This document shows, in pieces, positions 35,811 through 36,948 of a stretch of 36,948 nt of DNA. The stretch's first letter is position 1. The number at the start of each line of letters is the position of its first letter. The notes under the pieces were generated by a model. That model searched no databases, was not told the origin of the DNA, and saw only the letters and a program-made list of their open reading frames with translations. This DNA comes from a virus, in UHGV virus genome UHGV-0135461; one strand, written 5' to 3'. A program made the position numbers and the translations under genes.

Positions 35811-36610
35811 AAATTGGCTTAAGGGGAGGTCACTCCCCAAATTGTAAAGGTGCAATAGGTCTGATCGATGAACAGGCGGAAGTGCGGAAGATCTACAACG
35901 AACTTGTACCGATGCTACAGGCAGTCGGGCATACTGTGGTTGATTGTAATTCCAACGCATCCAATGTGTCCAGCGAGTTATCTGACGGAACAAATAAGGC
36001 GAATAGTGCCGGGTGCGATATTTACGTAACTTTGCACATGAATGCGGCAGGAGCGGCGTCAGCTGGCGGTACAGAGGTGTGGTTATACGATGCATCTAAC
36101 CAGACCATGAATACGATCGCAAGTAATATCTGCAAAAATTTTGCCGGAAAAGGATTTGCGAATCGTGGAGTTAAATACAGTTCCGGATACCACGATCTGA
36201 ATGCATCGAACATGCCGGCTATGATCGTGGAGACGTTATTTTGCACCGGAACAGACGATGTGGCCAGATACCGGAGCTTAGGAGCGAGAGGGATTGCTGA
36301 GCTGATCGCAAAGGCAATCGACAGCAAAGCATCCGCAGGAAGTGGACATGGAAACAAACAGAATACAGAAGATCAGGAAGGAGAAGAGACTATGCAGTGT
36401 ATGTTTACAGTAGAGGGAAAAGGATGTGTATATTGGTATCATGATGATAAGATTACGGCTTTGGGACATCCGGATGAGATGAAGATCCTGATGGATATTT
36501 ACAAAGCGAACAATGGGAGAGATATGCCATCTTATCATTGGACAAAGAAAGCGCCGTGGCACGCAAGATTACTTGCGGTGCTGAACAGAAAACCATCTAC
36601 ATCTATCTAA
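35807..36610 (+). CDS. N-acetylmuramoyl-L-alanine amidase endolysin (Amidase_3) with unassigned C-terminal domain
   Basis: MKIGLRGGHS, DIYVTLHMNA and PAMIVETLF are Amidase_3 motifs. The C-terminal ~80 aa is rich in Cys, Trp and His. Confidence 0.9.
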   Translation: MKIGLRGGHSPNCKGAIGLIDEQAEVRKIYNELVPMLQAVGHTVVDCNSNASNVSSELSDGTNKANSAGCDIYVTLHMNAAGAASAGGTEVWLYDASNQTMNTIASNICKNFAGKGFANRGVKYSSGYHDLNASNMPAMIVETLFCTGTDDVARYRSLGARGIAELIAKAIDSKASAGSGHGNKQNTEDQEGEETMQCMFTVEGKGCVYWYHDDKITALGHPDEMKILMDIYKANNGRDMPSYHWTKKAPWHARLLAVLNRKPSTSI

Positions 36611-36616
36611 TAAAAT

Positions 36617-36650
36617 CCCCTCGGAGATCAGCTCTCTGAGGGGAATAATA
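36617..36650 (+). terminator. rho-independent terminator after the endolysin gene
   Basis: CCCCTCGGAGA-tcagc-TCTCTGAGGGG followed by an A/T-rich tract. Confidence 0.6.
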
Positions 36651-36675
36651 TTATTTGTCAGTGAAATGTATTTTT

Positions 36676-36710
36676 TAATAAATTCAATTCAAACCCCTCT
36701 GTGCTATAAT
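36676..36710 (+). promoter_or_regulatory. candidate promoter with extended -10 (TGCTATAAT)
   Basis: TATAAT at 36705-36710 preceded by TG, with a TTCAAA -35-like hexamer upstream. It precedes the small ORF. Confidence 0.3.
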
Positions 36711-36741
36711 ATATGTAGTTAATACAAGAGGGGGAACAAGT

Positions 36742-36921
36742 ATGGAATATCAGATCTACGAATCTTACGATACATTTTTACTATACCAAGAGTTTATGGA
36801 GATACCGGGAAATTCTTTCAAATTCCGGCTGCCAGTAGGTATGACTCTGACAACCGAAATGATGCACACCTTTTTACGAGCTGCGTATATGAGTGTTGGA
36901 CGGATGGAGTTGCCGTCCTGA
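36742..36921 (+). CDS. hypothetical protein (59 aa) near the right prophage end
   Basis: AGAGGGGGA SD. MEYQIYESYDTFLLYQEFMEIPGNSF... Confidence 0.45.
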   Translation: MEYQIYESYDTFLLYQEFMEIPGNSFKFRLPVGMTLTTEMMHTFLRAAYMSVGRMELPS

Positions 36922-36948
36922 GAATATTGTATCAATCTTATTTTTATC

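Overview
The window is essentially one complete temperate siphovirus-type prophage (~36.9 kb, roughly 42% GC) of a low-GC Firmicutes host, probably Clostridia-like. I found no tRNA, rRNA or CRISPR array. Gene order, left to right: a large serine recombinase (integrase, minus strand) at the left edge, then a lysogeny/accessory region. That region holds a DUF4236-type multi-domain membrane protein divergent from a small XRE regulator, and a non-cleavable CI-like repressor divergent from a Cro-like gene. The cI-cro intergenic region carries three tandem TCGAA-pair operators, and two further copies sit ~600 bp away. Next come an AntA-type antirepressor and a run of small early ORFs, then a recombination/replication module: a Rad52/Sak-like annealase, NinB-like and RusA proteins, and a replisome organizer with an in-gene 11-bp iteron origin. 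Further on: an orphan C5 cytosine methyltransferase with tandem TRD-like repeats, then YopX, DUF551 and other small proteins. An ArpU/sigma-region-4-like late regulator is followed by a strong terminator and a ~0.7 kb untranslated region containing a ~30-bp-arm inverted repeat. The late genes are TerS, TerL, portal and a Mu-F-like minor head protein. An unexpected tail-fibre-like gene set sits inside the head module. Then come scaffold, major capsid, four head-tail joining genes and the major tail protein, then two chaperones, a Cys-rich zinc-ribbon protein and the tape measure. Dit and a 1652-aa Tal/receptor-binding protein with collagen-like and phage-fibre repeats complete the tail genes. 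The lysis cassette contains a TM protein, a phiLC3-type holin, a tandem-DUF2829 protein and an Amidase_3 endolysin with an unassigned C-terminal domain. The most novel-looking element is the lysogeny-side DUF4236 / multi-TM / coiled-coil / Cys-His-motif membrane protein paired with a small HTH regulator in the integrase-repressor hotspot. Also notable are the fibre module in the head region and the highly modular Tal.
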